A stretch of 63,048 nt of DNA, filler included, from Squatina squatina (taxonomy: Eukaryota), in assembly GCA_031763465.1 (NCBI GenBank). It is 4 parts of 4 records of this genome, joined end to end, with 100 filler letters (N's around TTAATTAATTAA, not from the genome) between each part and the next. Parts side by side here need not be neighbours in the genome. Positions count along the whole stretch, not along the records: positions 1 to 15,529 come from JARFOE010000007.1; positions 15,630 to 31,168 come from JARFOE010000013.1; 2 more parts are not named here. One strand, given 5' to 3'. Below, one piece after another: positions 13,593 through 27,499 of this stretch (its first letter is position 1; each line of letters begins with the position of its first letter). A program made the translations under genes and the position numbers. The notes under the pieces are model-generated. The model did not search any database. It saw nothing but the letters and a program-made list of their open reading frames with translations, and was not told the origin of the DNA.

Positions 13593-14490
13593 GTGAGTAC
13601 TGAAATGAGATTAAGCTCATTCAATTCCTCATTCATTTTCTCTTCGGAGCTGTTATAAATTAGCAGAAATATTAGGTTAGAAATAAAGACTCAAGCCAAC
13701 CACTGCATAAAAACAGAAATTATGAGTATTTTAATTCATGACTAACACAACGTTCGAGGTTTATATAATGGCCCGAAAATCCAGTCAGAGGCTTCCTGCG
13801 TGCGGGGGCCTCGGACCGGAAATATAGAAACATAGAAAATAGGTGCAGAAGTAGGCCATTCGGCCCTTCGAGCCTGCACCACCATTCAATATGATCATGG
13901 NNNNNNNNNNNNNNNNNNNNNNNNNNNNNNNNNNNNNNNNNNNNNNNNNNNNNNNNNNNNNNNNNNNNNNNNNNNNNNNNNNNNNNNNNNNNNNNNNNNN
14001 GATACAATGCTATACATGAGTTATTCTCCATGGGATGTGAAACGGCCTTCACTGGATGGGGGAGTGGGGTGGGGCGCCAAAGGTGTGTCACCATTCCTCT
14101 CCAGAGTCAGGCAACACCTGAATCCAGAGCTGATTTAGTGTCACTGCAAAGTGGCAGCTACTTCACAGCGACACTAAAACTACAGTATAAGTGTAACCTA
14201 TATCTATTTTGCTGTTAAAATTTACGTATGAACCAGTTTGACACCAACTAGATCTCAAATCCCGAATAGAAAGGAAAACGTTATACAATGAATTACAATA
14301 CAATGCAATGTATTAAAGAAGGTGCATGTACTATTTAAAATGTTAGATATGTTCTGTGCAAATATGTCAAAATTAAAAACATTTGGCAATATTGCATTAA
14401 AGAAAAAATCATTTTACTGTATTAAGAATTTATAGCTGTACCAGTTGCACATGCATGAATAATTGTTCTCTATTATAAAATCATTTGTAT

Positions 14491-14806
14491 TTATTCAGCT
14501 GGTAAGAAATGTAGACCATATTCCTTTAAATAGCCATTTTCCCATGTATACAAATGACGATCATGTGGATTATAGGATAGCATTGTAAGCGTATCATTTG
14601 ATGATCTTAAATCAAAACTTACATCAAGTTGTTTCTCTTTCAACAAATCAAGCGCAAAAACTATTTTGGAGTCCTTCGTGTCTGTGAGGTAGAGAATCCC
14701 ACGTGCAATGAATGCATTGCCAGCCTTTGATTTAGGGTATGTGGTGTTAATATTCTGAACAATCGCAAATGATTTTTCATTGATTTCAATTTGGCCAACA
14801 ATGATC
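14491..14806 (-). CDS. GLDN: Gliomedin, C-terminal part of the olfactomedin domain (3' part of last exon; 5' boundary uncertain)
   Basis: [26 protein letters not shown]...[19 protein letters not shown]...stop matches the gliomedin C-terminus. Convergent with DMXL2, as in human. Confidence 0.88.
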
Positions 14807-15300
14807 GATGGTCTAATATGGCTTCCCATGAGTCTGTTTATACATTACTTCAGTCTTCTTCAGACTAATTGTAAGCCTGTAGCTGTGAATCTCTTCATCA
14901 GCAGCTGATGGTCCTCCTTGGAATATGCCACAAGCACGCAGTCATCAGCCTACAAAAGCTCTTGTATAATTTGTTTGGAGAGCTTAGTCGGCACTGGTCG
15001 TCTTTGATAGATCCAACAGTTACGCGGTTGTGCGGATTCATATCCCAGCTCCTACATGAAGATCCCTAGTTGCATCATCCAGCATAGCTGTGTGAAAGAG
15101 TGCGGATGGAACAGGGTTCTGTTCACGTCCTTGTTTCACACCATTCAAAATAGGGAACGGTTTGCACAGAGTACCGTCCATACACCCTCTGCCACACATC
15201 CCATCACCGAGCTGTTTCAGAACCAGGAAGAGCCAACAATACATGTAGTGTTCAGGTGAACACCTTATGCTGAGCTTTCTCCAAGGCTTCACGAAAAATA
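14807..15300 (-). mobile_element. Decayed RTE-clade LINE, reverse-transcriptase fragment
   Basis: Minus-strand translations PFPILNGVKQG, ELL*ADDCVLVA (YADD motif mutated to TAG-ADD at 14941-14961) and [12 protein letters not shown]. Confidence 0.8.
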
Positions 15301-15573
15301 TTCCCTTCACTGCCGCTGATTCTGGAGGTGCTGAGGTTTACAATCAGCACTTTGGGATGTTTCTGAGAGCTGTGATAAGGCACAATATAAATAAATGCGA
15401 GACTCTCGACTCACCGCTTGACTTTCCAATGCCTTTTCATAATAACTCCGATGGTCTTCGTACGCAGTGAAGCCGCTTCCACCTCTTTTTGGAATTTTAA
15501 GTTATGGTTCCAGGTGATTGAAGTCTTTGNNNNNNNNNNNNNNNNNNNNNNNNNNNNNNNNNNNNNNNNNNNN

Positions 15574-15585
15574 TTAATTAATTAA
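15574..15585. other. Artificial scaffold-concatenation linker TTAATTAATTAA
   Basis: Palindromic six-frame stop flanked by 44 N on each side. Confidence 0.97.
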
Positions 15586-16799
15586 NNNNNNNNNNNNNNN
15601 NNNNNNNNNNNNNNNNNNNNNNNNNNNNNATACAAGAACACCAAGGTGAGAGATGTCAGTTATAGGAAACAAATTTTTTTTCTACTTTTAGTGTCCAGAA
15701 TGGACATGAAAAACTACCAGACTAAGTATTGCATACGCCACATGCGGAGTAAAGTTCCCTTTACAATGTATCATATTCTTTGGATACAACCTCGAGTACC
15801 TCTATTGCACAGGTGTGAATTTTTATGTTTCCTACACTGACCATCTTTATGACCAATCCCAGACTCAGGTCTTGACTTGTTGGATTGAGTGAAACACTTT
15901 CAATTATGTGTTGTCATTTGCAAAGCCCAGGTTGTACTCGTTCCCAAACATTTGTGGTTTTATGGCTTCCTGTGAAACTTGCTTTGCATGAATTCGTTAG
16001 ATCATGTTTTGGCCTGCACAGTGGTGCTGCAAGTTTCAGACGAAGCTGGAGTGTCTAGTTTGCACCCAGGATAAGCAAAGGTTATGCATACATATACACA
16101 CATATTATCTACCAACCCAAGAGGTCAAACACCTGATGTAGATGTAGTATGTGCATGACTCAGTGAGATGGGAAATTTAGTGCTAATTTGTAGACATTTC
16201 TATGCTGTGGACTTATGTCCAGTAGCATCCAGTTGAGGCTGCCCAAATTGTAGTTGACAGGAAAAAGAGACTTCTATCCTATCGGTTTACATTAGGAAAG
16301 TGTTTTGTTGTTAACTGTGTCTACTAGCAAACAATCATCACCTCTATGTTTGTGTCTGCTTCACCTCTCTCCCTCCCCCTCCCTGCACTACCCACTCCCT
16401 GTACTCACACATATGCAGAAACAAGGTCAGATTTCAGTAGTTCTTAGTAAAGTTATGTAGAATTCCTAGCCTTCCTAATCATTTCTTGTATCTCTTATTT
16501 AACCAGTGTACCATTCTCCCCACTGTCTCCTCTGGTCTCTCTCAGCAGATGGTTATGTTTCCATTTCTGAGAGTTTATGCTGTAGAATCCAGGAAATTAA
16601 ATTGCAAATGAAATTAGACACTTTTGAGCTCTCTCCCAGATATCAGAAAGAGGAGGTATTCACTGCCTCAATCATTTGGAAAGTGATATTGACAATTAAT
16701 TACAGTGATTAGACCAATCATTAAATCTGTTGCAATTATACAGTTTTGTTGTTTCAACTAAGTAGCATTGCACTTTAATCTCAGTGACGAACTGCTTAC

Positions 16800-17003
16800 C
16801 CCATATGAATCATTGGTCCTTCTGGCCCACAAAAGAGCCCGGAGGCTACAGCTAACACACAAGACACCAAGGTCCCAATCAGTGTTTTTATGTGAAAGAT
16901 ATATTGAACTGAAGCACCATTCAGAAATCCGATCACCTCTGGCAGGCCACTTGGCATACCTGATGGGCAGAAAAACTGGGAAGACCAAACAAATAATGTT
17001 AAT
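16800..17003 (-). CDS. CLC-family chloride channel/transporter exon (selectivity-filter and gating-glutamate motifs)
   Basis: cttacag|...GG|gtaag; PSGLPEVIGFLNG (GSGIPE-like) and LAVASGLFCGPEGPMIHMG (GKEGP-like). Confidence 0.9.
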
Positions 17004-17968
17004 CTGTAAGAATTAGACAAGAATCCTTCAACGCAGCACAACTGTGATATTAGCCATGTTCTTCATTCTGATTATTAAATATTTTGGGAGGCAGCATAGG
17101 TGTCANNNNNNNNNNNNNNNNNNNNNNNNNNNNNNNNNNNNNNNNNNNNNNNNNNNNNNNNNNNNNNNNNNNNNNNNNNNNNNNNNNNNNNNNNNNNNNN
17201 NNNNNATTTAACAATAAAAATTATTCCATACATGTCTGCATGTTGGTAGTTTAATTGTGATGCTACAGTACATGATGGTAAACCAGCCAATAAATTCATA
17301 TCAACTCCATAAGCCCCCTGCTAAGCCCTCACCTACCCCACACACACACAGCCTCAAAAGTAGCTGAATGTAAACCTTTGTACTGGTGCCTAACAATATC
17401 TCATAAATCTGTTGTGCGAACTCCCTCCAGCAGTTTCTTTGCTTACTGAGACTGATTGGTTACAAACAACAATCACCACACCCCCACATTATTCCTTTGC
17501 TAAATATTTATACTTAAAGTCATTATATTCTGAATAAAATTAAGCATCTTTGGAAAGAAAATTCACCCCCCACTCCCCAATCATTTTCCCTTTCCTTTTC
17601 TTAAGGCACTGACTTCTGTTGGGATACAGCCTCATGTACACTGGTCACCCTCCAGAATCTTGCCAGGTGCCCATTCTCCATTTGTGAGACTAGGCAGTAA
17701 ATGTTGGTAGGACATCCCATCTGAGCCCAATCCTGTCCTCGGTCAATGTCCATACAAGACACACATATACTGTCCTATAGACTCACAGCATTCGGTGCAA
17801 GAACACAAGCTGATTTATGTGCTCCTAGTCCTAAACCTTGAGGTCAAAGACAGCAACCTAAAATGAGCTCTTGAATAGATTCTTTCTTAATATATTTACA
17901 TTAACAAATAAATCTGCCAGTGTTGAAATGAAAATATTTAAATAGTGGACAAGAATTGTGCTCATTAC

Positions 17969-18207
17969 CTGTAAGGCATTTCTCGCAGCCATTTTTTATA
18001 AATGTCGCTGTGAGAAGGTAGATAATCCAGACTCTCATGCGATGCCAGACTCTCTCGATCTTTCTGAGTGTATTTAACTCTAACTAAATTATCCCCACCA
18101 TTTCTTCTTTGAACATTCTGTTTACCTATCTCAGGTCTGCCTTCTTGTAACAAGGGACGTTCCTCAGAGTCCCTCCATTTCTTGGTAGACTTGAACAGAG
18201 AAGTCAT
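17969..18207 (-). CDS. First coding exon of the CLC-6/7-like gene
   Basis: ATG at 18207, acceptor upstream at 18268, donor |gtaatg. Contains EERPLL (acidic dileucine) and ESLDY, the conserved N-terminal motif of CLC-6/7. Confidence 0.8.
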
Positions 18208-21200
18208 TTAGCAGTAGCTTTCAGAGCCTCAGCAATCAGCAGCTTCAAAAGTTCAAAAAGGAAAGATCCTGGACGAAAATGGAAAGAGTACTGAGTGCTC
18301 ACCACCACAAAGGTTCTGAAGGAGAAAAACAGCAGATGATTTAGGCACTAGATCATGTGCTTTGGTTTATTCTCGCGAGGAATAGAGCTGGCTGGTGAGG
18401 GCTTCCATTAACCTGTTTTATCCAGGTTTGTTTATTGTCAGGAGATGATGAGTCAACAGAGGTACAGCCTTCCTAGTAACTTAGGAACATAGAAATTGTT
18501 GATAAAAAAGACCACGATCTACAATCTCTAGCAATTAGCCTACAGCAGACCCAGATATGGCACGAGGAAAACTGGTGTCCTAAGTGTGTTTTATGAAGCG
18601 GTAGGATTACCTGGCTATTTTGACTCAATATTGGTCTTTCAATACATCCCAACGTCTGCTTTGTTTTTCTCACTGCCACTCAGCATTGTTGCATTAGCTT
18701 CAATTTATTGCCAATCAGGATCCCCAGATCTCTTTCATTTTCCATGCACATTATTTTCTTTCTATTTAATAGTTTCCCTCATTAACATATTGTTAGGTAG
18801 CTGCCAAGAACACGTGAAATAGCCCGCCCCAATATTGGGTCAAACACCTTTCAGGTGTCTTTGGGGTGCATGACGTTAGTCCCCGAAATTTTCCCTTTCC
18901 ATCCGCAACAAGGTCCAATTTCCACACAATGGGCAGATTGCTGTGAGAGAACTCGGGAAAACAGTTTTAATGGCGGAAATTGGGTGGAAATGACTTCTAC
19001 CTGATTTTCCTGCTTAAAAAATATTCTCGCACCATTTATACACTGTTAATATACTGCAAACATTGAGGAAATATACTCTCTTTATATTCATTAAAGTAAG
19101 TGCTGGGGAATGGAAATACTTTTTTATTTCAAGCACCCAGAGGACAGCACAGCTTCCCTACAATATACACCTTGGTTATAACGTCAGAAGACCATCTCTT
19201 CAGCACCAGTATGGAAATGTCACAATCCAGTTGAAGCAAATTTCAATACCCAGTCACTAACACCACAGGCCAGGGNNNNNNNNNNNNNNNNNNNNNNNNN
19301 NNNNNNNNNNNNNNNNNNNNNNNNNNNNNNNNNNNNNNNNNNNNNNNNNNNNNNNNNNNNNNNNNNNNNNNNNNNGCCTGCTCCGCCATTCAATGAGATC
19401 ATGGCTGATCTTCCAACTTCAGTACCCTGTTCCTGCTTTCTCCCCGTATCCCCTGATCCCTTTAGCCTTAAGAACTATATCTAACTCCCTCTTGAATATA
19501 TTTAATGACCACCTGTTTTGGCTATTGAATGAATTTACGGATGATTCTGATTAATAAGGTAACTCGGTGCAGTCAGATCATTTACGTGACTTCATAAATA
19601 CAAATATTAAAACAATCCTCAAAACACTGACATTACAATTAATCTGCACCACAATGCAGCATAATAATGAGCAAAAACTTCCAACGATTCTGATTGAATG
19701 AGTTTAGTTTGCAAGTAATTTTCACTTTTAATTTTGACTGTATAAATGCATCTTTCAACTGTCCGAAAAATATCTATTAACCAGTACTCTATTTTATGCC
19801 CTTTAAGCACACTTTCTATCCATCTTGCCACATTCCTTATATCATGTCCTTAATTTTAATCACAAAGCCTCTTATGCAGCACCACATCATACGCCTTTTG
19901 AAAAACACTTGGTGCGACAAAAACAAACATTTTTGCATGTGTTAAATCTTTTCATTTGTATTTCATATTGTTAGAATCAGCAAGCAAGGGGTTAAACCAG
20001 TATCATACAAGGTACTTCTCAAAAGAGAACATTAATTTATTTCCAGATGAGCTGACTATGGCATTCTTCCGAGTGCAAATTGAGGAGGCTGATAACAAAA
20101 AATTCAAGGTGTTAATTGCACAAAGCCGTCACATTCAATGACAAGTATTTTTGCCACTGTCAAATAATGCCTTAATTCAATATTGATTAATGGCTATTTG
20201 CTTTAATTTATTCATAATTGTATTGTCTACTGTTTTGGTGTCTAAAAGAATGGAAGACCCAGGACACAGATCAAATGATGGGCTCCAGTATGGGCCAGTG
20301 ACTTTGATTGACATCTGTTTCTGAGACCTTCTGAGAAGTGGGCGGGTCACAGATTGCATGCAAGATCCACTTGTTATTGGCTGCTTACTGATTGATAACT
20401 CACTCCCAGTATAATTATGAAAGCAGAGGACCCTGACCGCTGAGCTATCAATCCCTTGAGAACTGATTGGAGGCTTCATTGATTGACATCTCAGCACAGC
20501 AGGTAAGTGTCTTTCACTGAGTGCTTTGTCCCATTGCAACCACATGTAGCTGTTTCGTCTGCAGAACTTGGCTGGGAATTTCCTCGGAGCAGCTCCCATT
20601 CCGCGCCATAACTTTACTGNNNNNNNNNNNNNNNNNNNNNNNNNNNNNNNNNNNNNNNNNNNNNNNNNNNNNNNNNNNNNNNNNNNNNNNNNNNNNNNNN
20701 NNNNNNNNNNNNNNNNNNNAGGCTCGAAGGGCTGAATGGCCTACTCCTGCTCCTATTTTCTATGTTTCTAGGTCTATGTTTTTTTTTTACATCAACTACT
20801 GCCTTTATTAACCAATAATCTTGTGTAACATACATATCTGCTCTGATCAGGCAATAAATGTCTTGGTTTGACACCCTCATCACCCCTCCCCCATTCAAGT
20901 AAAAGCCAAGATTCCAAATGGCTTTTATATCACCATTGCCTTGATGAGAAAATAAGTTACTCTGCACCACTATTGAATTTATTTGTGGCTGGGAACATTA
21001 TTGTGGGCATACATTAAGATTTACAGAGATCCAGGTCTGTTTTTTTTTTGTGGGTGTTTAGTATTGTGGAAAATTGACAAGACATGAATAGGAAGTGAGG
21101 TTTGAGAGAAGGTTTTAGATCTGTCAAAATTAATTGCTGTAAGTTTGTCCTTCAGGGGGCTGTGAAATCTTCACATTCTCTTTGCATGTCATCATACGCC

Positions 21201-22548
21201 GTAGGTCTTGAAGTACAGCCTTAATACTATAGGAACTTTGCCACTTTGATAGAATTGGTATGCTACGTGAATCCACCTGCAAGAATAAAAAAGTGTAAAA
21301 TGTAGATGTACAGTTTTAGTTGTGTGAAATATTATCACGTAGCCGGTACCATGTATAAATTTACGACAAATTATCAGTGTATACTTTCGCATAATCAGTG
21401 CAGTGAGACAGGAGGTATCCCTGAAACCCATGCACGCAAGCAAGCAAGCAAGATGAAGACGGATTTCGGCCCATCTGTAAGACTACCTACGTTCGTTCGA
21501 ACGCTTCGCGTTCTCACTCAATCCGTCTGAATAACTTCGCTAAAAATGTTGCTAAGAATATCGTTTTATAGACGATTTCAGTATCAAAATCACGATAATA
21601 CCTTGCAAAGTTTATTTTGCAATCACTTTTTATTTCCCTTATCTAGCCTGATGCATTTGTACTTCTTGGTCCAATTTTCCTACTAGTCTGGTCCACTGGT
21701 TCCCTATTTTTGGCCTATCCCACTTTGGCATCAGCAGCAAATGTGTTCCCACTCTTTCCCCCAAATCATTAATATCTGTTCAATGTAACAATGGCCCAAA
21801 TCACAACATATTTCCCAAAGTCATCTCTTTCCATGCTGATGCTGCTCCCTTAAGACATTTGCATTCTCTGATTCAACAGGTTATTTATTCACTTAAAAAG
21901 CTTCCCTCCTATTTTATTTATTTACAGGATGTAGGCATCNNNNNNNNNNNNNNNNNNNNNNNNNNNNNNNNNNNNNNNNNNNNNNNNNNNNNNNNNNNNN
22001 NNNNNNNNNNNNNNNNNNNNNNNNNNNNNNNNNNNNNNNATTCCATGGCACTATTTTGAAGAGCAGGGAAGTTCTCCCAGATGCCCTGGTCAATATTTAT
22101 CCTTCAACCAACACCGCCCGGTCATTATCACATTGCTGTTTGTGGGACCTTCATGTGCACAAATTTGGCTATTGCGTTTTCTACATTACAACAGTGACCA
22201 TACTTCAAGAGTACCTCATTGGCTGTAAATTGTTTTGGGACATCCAGCGGTTGTTAAAAGCGCTACATAAATGCAAGTACTTTATAGCCAAACCTTAACA
22301 CCTTACAATCAGCAGAGAGAAATATTTCTGCCCATCAGTCTGGATTGGATTAAATTCTAGGTCTGAAAAAGGTAAATAGACAGCACTGCATGCCCTGTCC
22401 AATTACCTTTGCAAAACTAGTACTACTACATATATATTTACAGTAAACCGTGGAATCCAGTTATTACACATTCTTGTATGACTAAAACCTCCAAATGTTT
22501 ATACAAGGTTCTTGGCAACATTCAACTTCCCAAAATTCCCTTTTCCTA

Positions 22549-22682
<134 letters not shown>

Positions 22683-23356
22683 NNNNNNNNNNNNNNNNNN
22701 NNNNNNNNNNNNNNNNNNNNNNNNNNNNNNNNNNNNNNNNNNNNNNNNNNNNNNNNNNNNNNNNNNNNNNNNNNNNNNNNNNNNNNNNNNNNNNNNNNNN
22801 NNNNNNNNNNNNNNNNNNNNNNNNNNNNNNNNNNNNNNNNNNNNNNNNNNNNNNNNNNNNNNNNNNNNNNNNNNNNNNNNNNNNNNNNNNNNNNNNNNNN
22901 NNNNNNNNNNNNNNNNNNNNNNNNNNNNNNNNNNNNNNNNNNNNNNNNNNNNNNNNNNNNNNNNNNNNNNNNNNNNNNNNNNNNNNNNNNNNNNNNNNNN
23001 NNNNNNNNNNNNNNNNNNNNNNNNNNNNNNNNNNNNNNNNNNNNNNNNNNNNNNNNNNNNNNNNNNNNNNNNNNNNNNNNNNNNNNNNNNNNNNNNNNNN
23101 NNNNNNNNNNNNNNNNNNNNNNNNNNNNNNNNNNNNNNNNNNNNNNNNNNNNNNNNNNNNNNNNNNNNNNNNNNNNNNNNNNNNNNNNNNNNNNNNNNNN
23201 NNNNNNNNNNNNNNNNNNNNNNNNNNNNNNNNNNNNNNNNNNNNNNNNNNNNNNNNNNNNNNNNNNNNNNNNNNNNNNNNNNNNNNNNNNNNNNNNNNNN
23301 NNNNNNNNNNNNNNNNNNNNNNNNNNNNNNNNNNNNNNNNNNNNNNNNNNNNNNNN

Positions 23357-23474
<118 letters not shown>

Positions 23475-23807
23475 CTAAAATATACGGATTTATGGGCATT
23501 AAAAACAATTTCAGCTTCCCCTCAAAAATTCACCTGTGGCATAGCTTGGTGCAAAATCAATCAAAAGAAAGGAACTGTGTACAATGGTTTCCAAACTTTT
23601 CTGGAGGTTGACAGTGGCAGTGACCAAAAGAAAAAAAATCATTGAAATTTTTAGTATCTAAAGCAACAGAAATAAGACGAGCAATACAGAACAATATAGA
23701 AATCTTTTGACCTCAAAGACCTCAGGTTTAGCATGCTGTTTATGTATTTACTTCTATTTCTGAATACTAATTTTCAACATAACTGTAAAAACACTGGAGC
23801 AGATTTA

Positions 23808-24275
<468 letters not shown>

Positions 24276-24479
24276 TCATGATAATTTAAGTGACCTTATA
24301 TGTTATCTTGTTTCAAGAGTAAAGGGAGCATCCATAGTTATAAAATATAATCAGGTGGTGGAACAATTCTGGAGCCTGTTGGCACACTGGTGCATTGTGC
24401 CACAGAACGATCGGAAAATACATGACATGATTCTCAACACGGTAATGTCCTAATCTAGTGCCATTACACTGCATTACTA

Positions 24480-24826
24480 GGTGTATTCTATATGCCACTG
24501 AGTAGGAAGGATGTAGAGGAGCAAATTTGCAGTGAAATTGCAGAAAGGTACAATAACTATAGGGTAGTAATAATGGGGGACTTCAACTTGTCCCAGTATA
24601 AACTGGGACAGTAATAGTGTAGAGGGTAGTGAGGGGGAAGAATTTCTGAGGTGTGTCAGGAGAACTTTCTTGAAGAATACGCTTCTGCCCCAACGAGGAA
24701 GGAGGGATTGCTGGATTTGGTTCTGAGGAATGAGGTGGGTCAAGAGGAGCAAGTGTCAGTAGAGGATCATTTAGGGATCAGTGATCATAGTATCATAAGG
24801 TTTAGATTAGCTATAGAAAAGGACAG
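24480..24826 (+). mobile_element. Decayed CR1 LINE ORF2 endonuclease fragment in an MCM4 intron
   Basis: IMGDFN and PTRKEGLLDLVL...DHLGISDHSIIRF apurinic-endonuclease motifs, with stop codons. Confidence 0.85.
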
Positions 24827-25201
24827 NNNNNNNNNNNNNNNNNNNNNNNNNNNNNNNNNNNNNNNNNNNNNNNNNNNNNNNNNNNNNNNNNNNNNNNNNN
24901 NNNNNNNNNNNNNNNNNNNNNNNNNNAGAGAGGAGAGAAAATGGAAATGTAGCATGGAAACTCTTCTGAGCTTATTAAAAAAGGAAAGAAATATATATAT
25001 TGGTTAGAACACAGAAACCAACTTTTTTTCTGAAGTGATCACACGCACGTTAATAATGCGCTTTTGGGGAGCATACCCAAGAAGTAAATGTATGAAGATT
25101 CTACCGTGATTTGCTCACGAGCACATACAACGTTTAATAAATAAAGGCATATATGTCATATACAGGAAATTGTAAAGAAGTGTTCCAAGAACATCTTGTA
25201 C

Positions 25202-25461
25202 CTTTTTGATATCTTCATGCTCATAAATACTAGGAGCCAGAGCAGCAGAAAGTCGTTCATAGATATCAGGCTTCTTCGAGAGGTCTTTCAGCATGTCAGC
25301 ACGCTCCTCTGTGAACAGTTTCTGTTCCTTTTCATCATCAAGACTGTGAAGTCGTTTCTCATCAGTTTTGCGAAAGTGAATGACATCAATGTGAGTCTTG
25401 TACACGGATTTCACGTTGTTTACTCTTGGATTTACTCGGATAGGAACAGCTCTGTAGATGC
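25202..25461 (-). CDS. MCM4: MCM4 exon
   Basis: [31 protein letters not shown]...[13 protein letters not shown]; AG/GT. Confidence 0.96.
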
Positions 25462-25628
25462 CTAGACAAAACAATTTTACACATAAACAATCCTCCATCT
25501 CACCTAAAAATCAAACATCAACCGTCTGTGAGTTTGAGAACGTAAGTTTTTTTTTAAATCATAAAATTAATTTACCTTGTTCCTCCTTAAAACAAAAGGT
25601 CTCATTACATTAGGTTCCATTACATTTA

Positions 25629-25790
<162 letters not shown>

Positions 25791-26536
25791 TTAAACTTGT
25801 TANNNNNNNNNNNNNNNNNNNNNNNNNNNNNNNNNNNNNNNNNNNNNNNNNNNNNNNNNNNNNNNNNNNNNNNNNNNNNNNNNNNNNNNNNNNNNNNNNN
25901 NNATAATAGCTAGCTGCGATTTTGACCGTTGTGAGATCGGTAATGTAATAACAAAAAGACTTGCATTAGTATATCACCTCATCACATCTCTTCCAACAGT
26001 CCCAAAGCACTTCACAAAGCACTCAGAAGTGCAGTCGCTGGAAGACAAACGTGACAGCACTTTTGTATAAACAGCAATGACCAGTTAGTTTCTGTTTGGT
26101 GATAGTGGTTGATGGAGTAGTGTTGGTAGTGTTGGTCATGAAACTGGGGGACCTCCCTGCTCTTGAACTAGTGCCATGGGACAAGTGTCGTTCAAGGCAG
26201 CAGTATTATAGATTATAGTCCTAATTTTGTTTAAATGCTGTAGTTGCAAAATGCTGTTTGTAAAAGCATTGGTTGAATCTCCATAGTGCAGTTCTGCTGC
26301 CTTGGACTGCAATAACACTTAGATTCCAGGAAACATTTTTGCTCCATAAGTTGTTTCAATGTAACAAGAAAATATCGAGACAGGCTATTTTATTAAAACT
26401 GTATCAAGTATTCGATAATTGATTGTTAAAGCACTGCTTTGAGGTTAGGGGGAAATTATTTTGTTGCAATCCAGTTATTTAGAATTAACTTTACAAATGT
26501 ATCGAGAGATGCTTGTATTTCTGAAGAAAAACTTAC

Positions 26537-26757
26537 CATCTGTTTGTCTGAAAATATTGAACGGTTGTGGATTAGAGCCATGCTGTGTGTGGTGTTGCAG
26601 TTCTTGCACACAGATGGCTCAGCGATCCGGCCACGGTCAACCTCCACCCGTGTGCAGAAAGCACACACTTGGCAGCTAAAAAATGCCTCTTGCATTTCTG
26701 GAATCAGTTGAGAAGACCTGATCACCATGCCACTGACTGTGATCAACTGATCAATAT
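26537..26757 (-). CDS. MCM4: MCM4 exon (zinc finger)
   Basis: [31 protein letters not shown]...CKNC...[11 protein letters not shown]; AG/GT. Confidence 0.96.
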
Positions 26758-26960
26758 CTGTAAGGAAAAATGCAAAACAATAATTATTCACCTTAAACTA
26801 CTTTTAAAACAGAAAAGATATTCTGAACTAACAAACAGCACTATTACAGGTTGCTTCTGAAAATCTAAATCACTCAACAGTTGGCACAAATGTGCAATAC
26901 ATCATAAAACGTATTTACCAACTAAAACCAGCTTCCTTTAGTCTCGCCCCAATTCCCTAC

Positions 26961-27099
26961 CTTCTGGATTCAGACTTCTCATATTTTTGGTTCTCAAAGC
27001 ATTGTACGGCCGAACTTGGATCTGATGCTCCAGTATAGAGTCAGGGAAACGCTCAAAAAAAAGTTCATTGACAGCCATGTCAAAAGTAGGAATCACTTC
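26961..27099 (-). CDS. MCM4: MCM4 exon
   Basis: [46 protein letters not shown]; AG/GT. Confidence 0.96.
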
Positions 27100-27209
27100 C
27101 TATACATTAAAAAGGAGTTGGTTTAGAATCAAAACACTAACATGTTTTGGATTTCAATTTTCTTTCAAAATTTGTGACAATGAAGCAATTATTTATTGTA
27201 TTACACTAC

Positions 27210-27305
27210 CTGTGGGTAACAAATCAACTGTCTGTATAATTCAGGGTCAAATGTTCTCAAATGAGAAGCGTTCACATTTAGAAACGGCTCTCCCACCAAA
27301 TTCAT
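27210..27305 (-). CDS. MCM4: MCM4 exon
   Basis: [32 protein letters not shown]; AG/GT. Confidence 0.94.
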
Positions 27306-27403
27306 CTATAATAAAAGCACATGGTTAAAATTCCATAACGCTGGAATGCTTGCACAAGGGAGACAATTAACAAAAATACAGATGGGGTCAAGATATGCAT
27401 TAC

Positions 27404-27499
27404 CTCCTCAAGTCGTTGCATGTAAAATGGTTCATTGAGGTCCAGGCCTGTAATTTCCTCTTCTTTTGCAGACGGGTCAATAAAGCGCTGAAGGAATCT
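27404..27499 (-). CDS. MCM4: MCM4 exon
   Basis: [32 protein letters not shown]; AG/GT. Confidence 0.94.
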
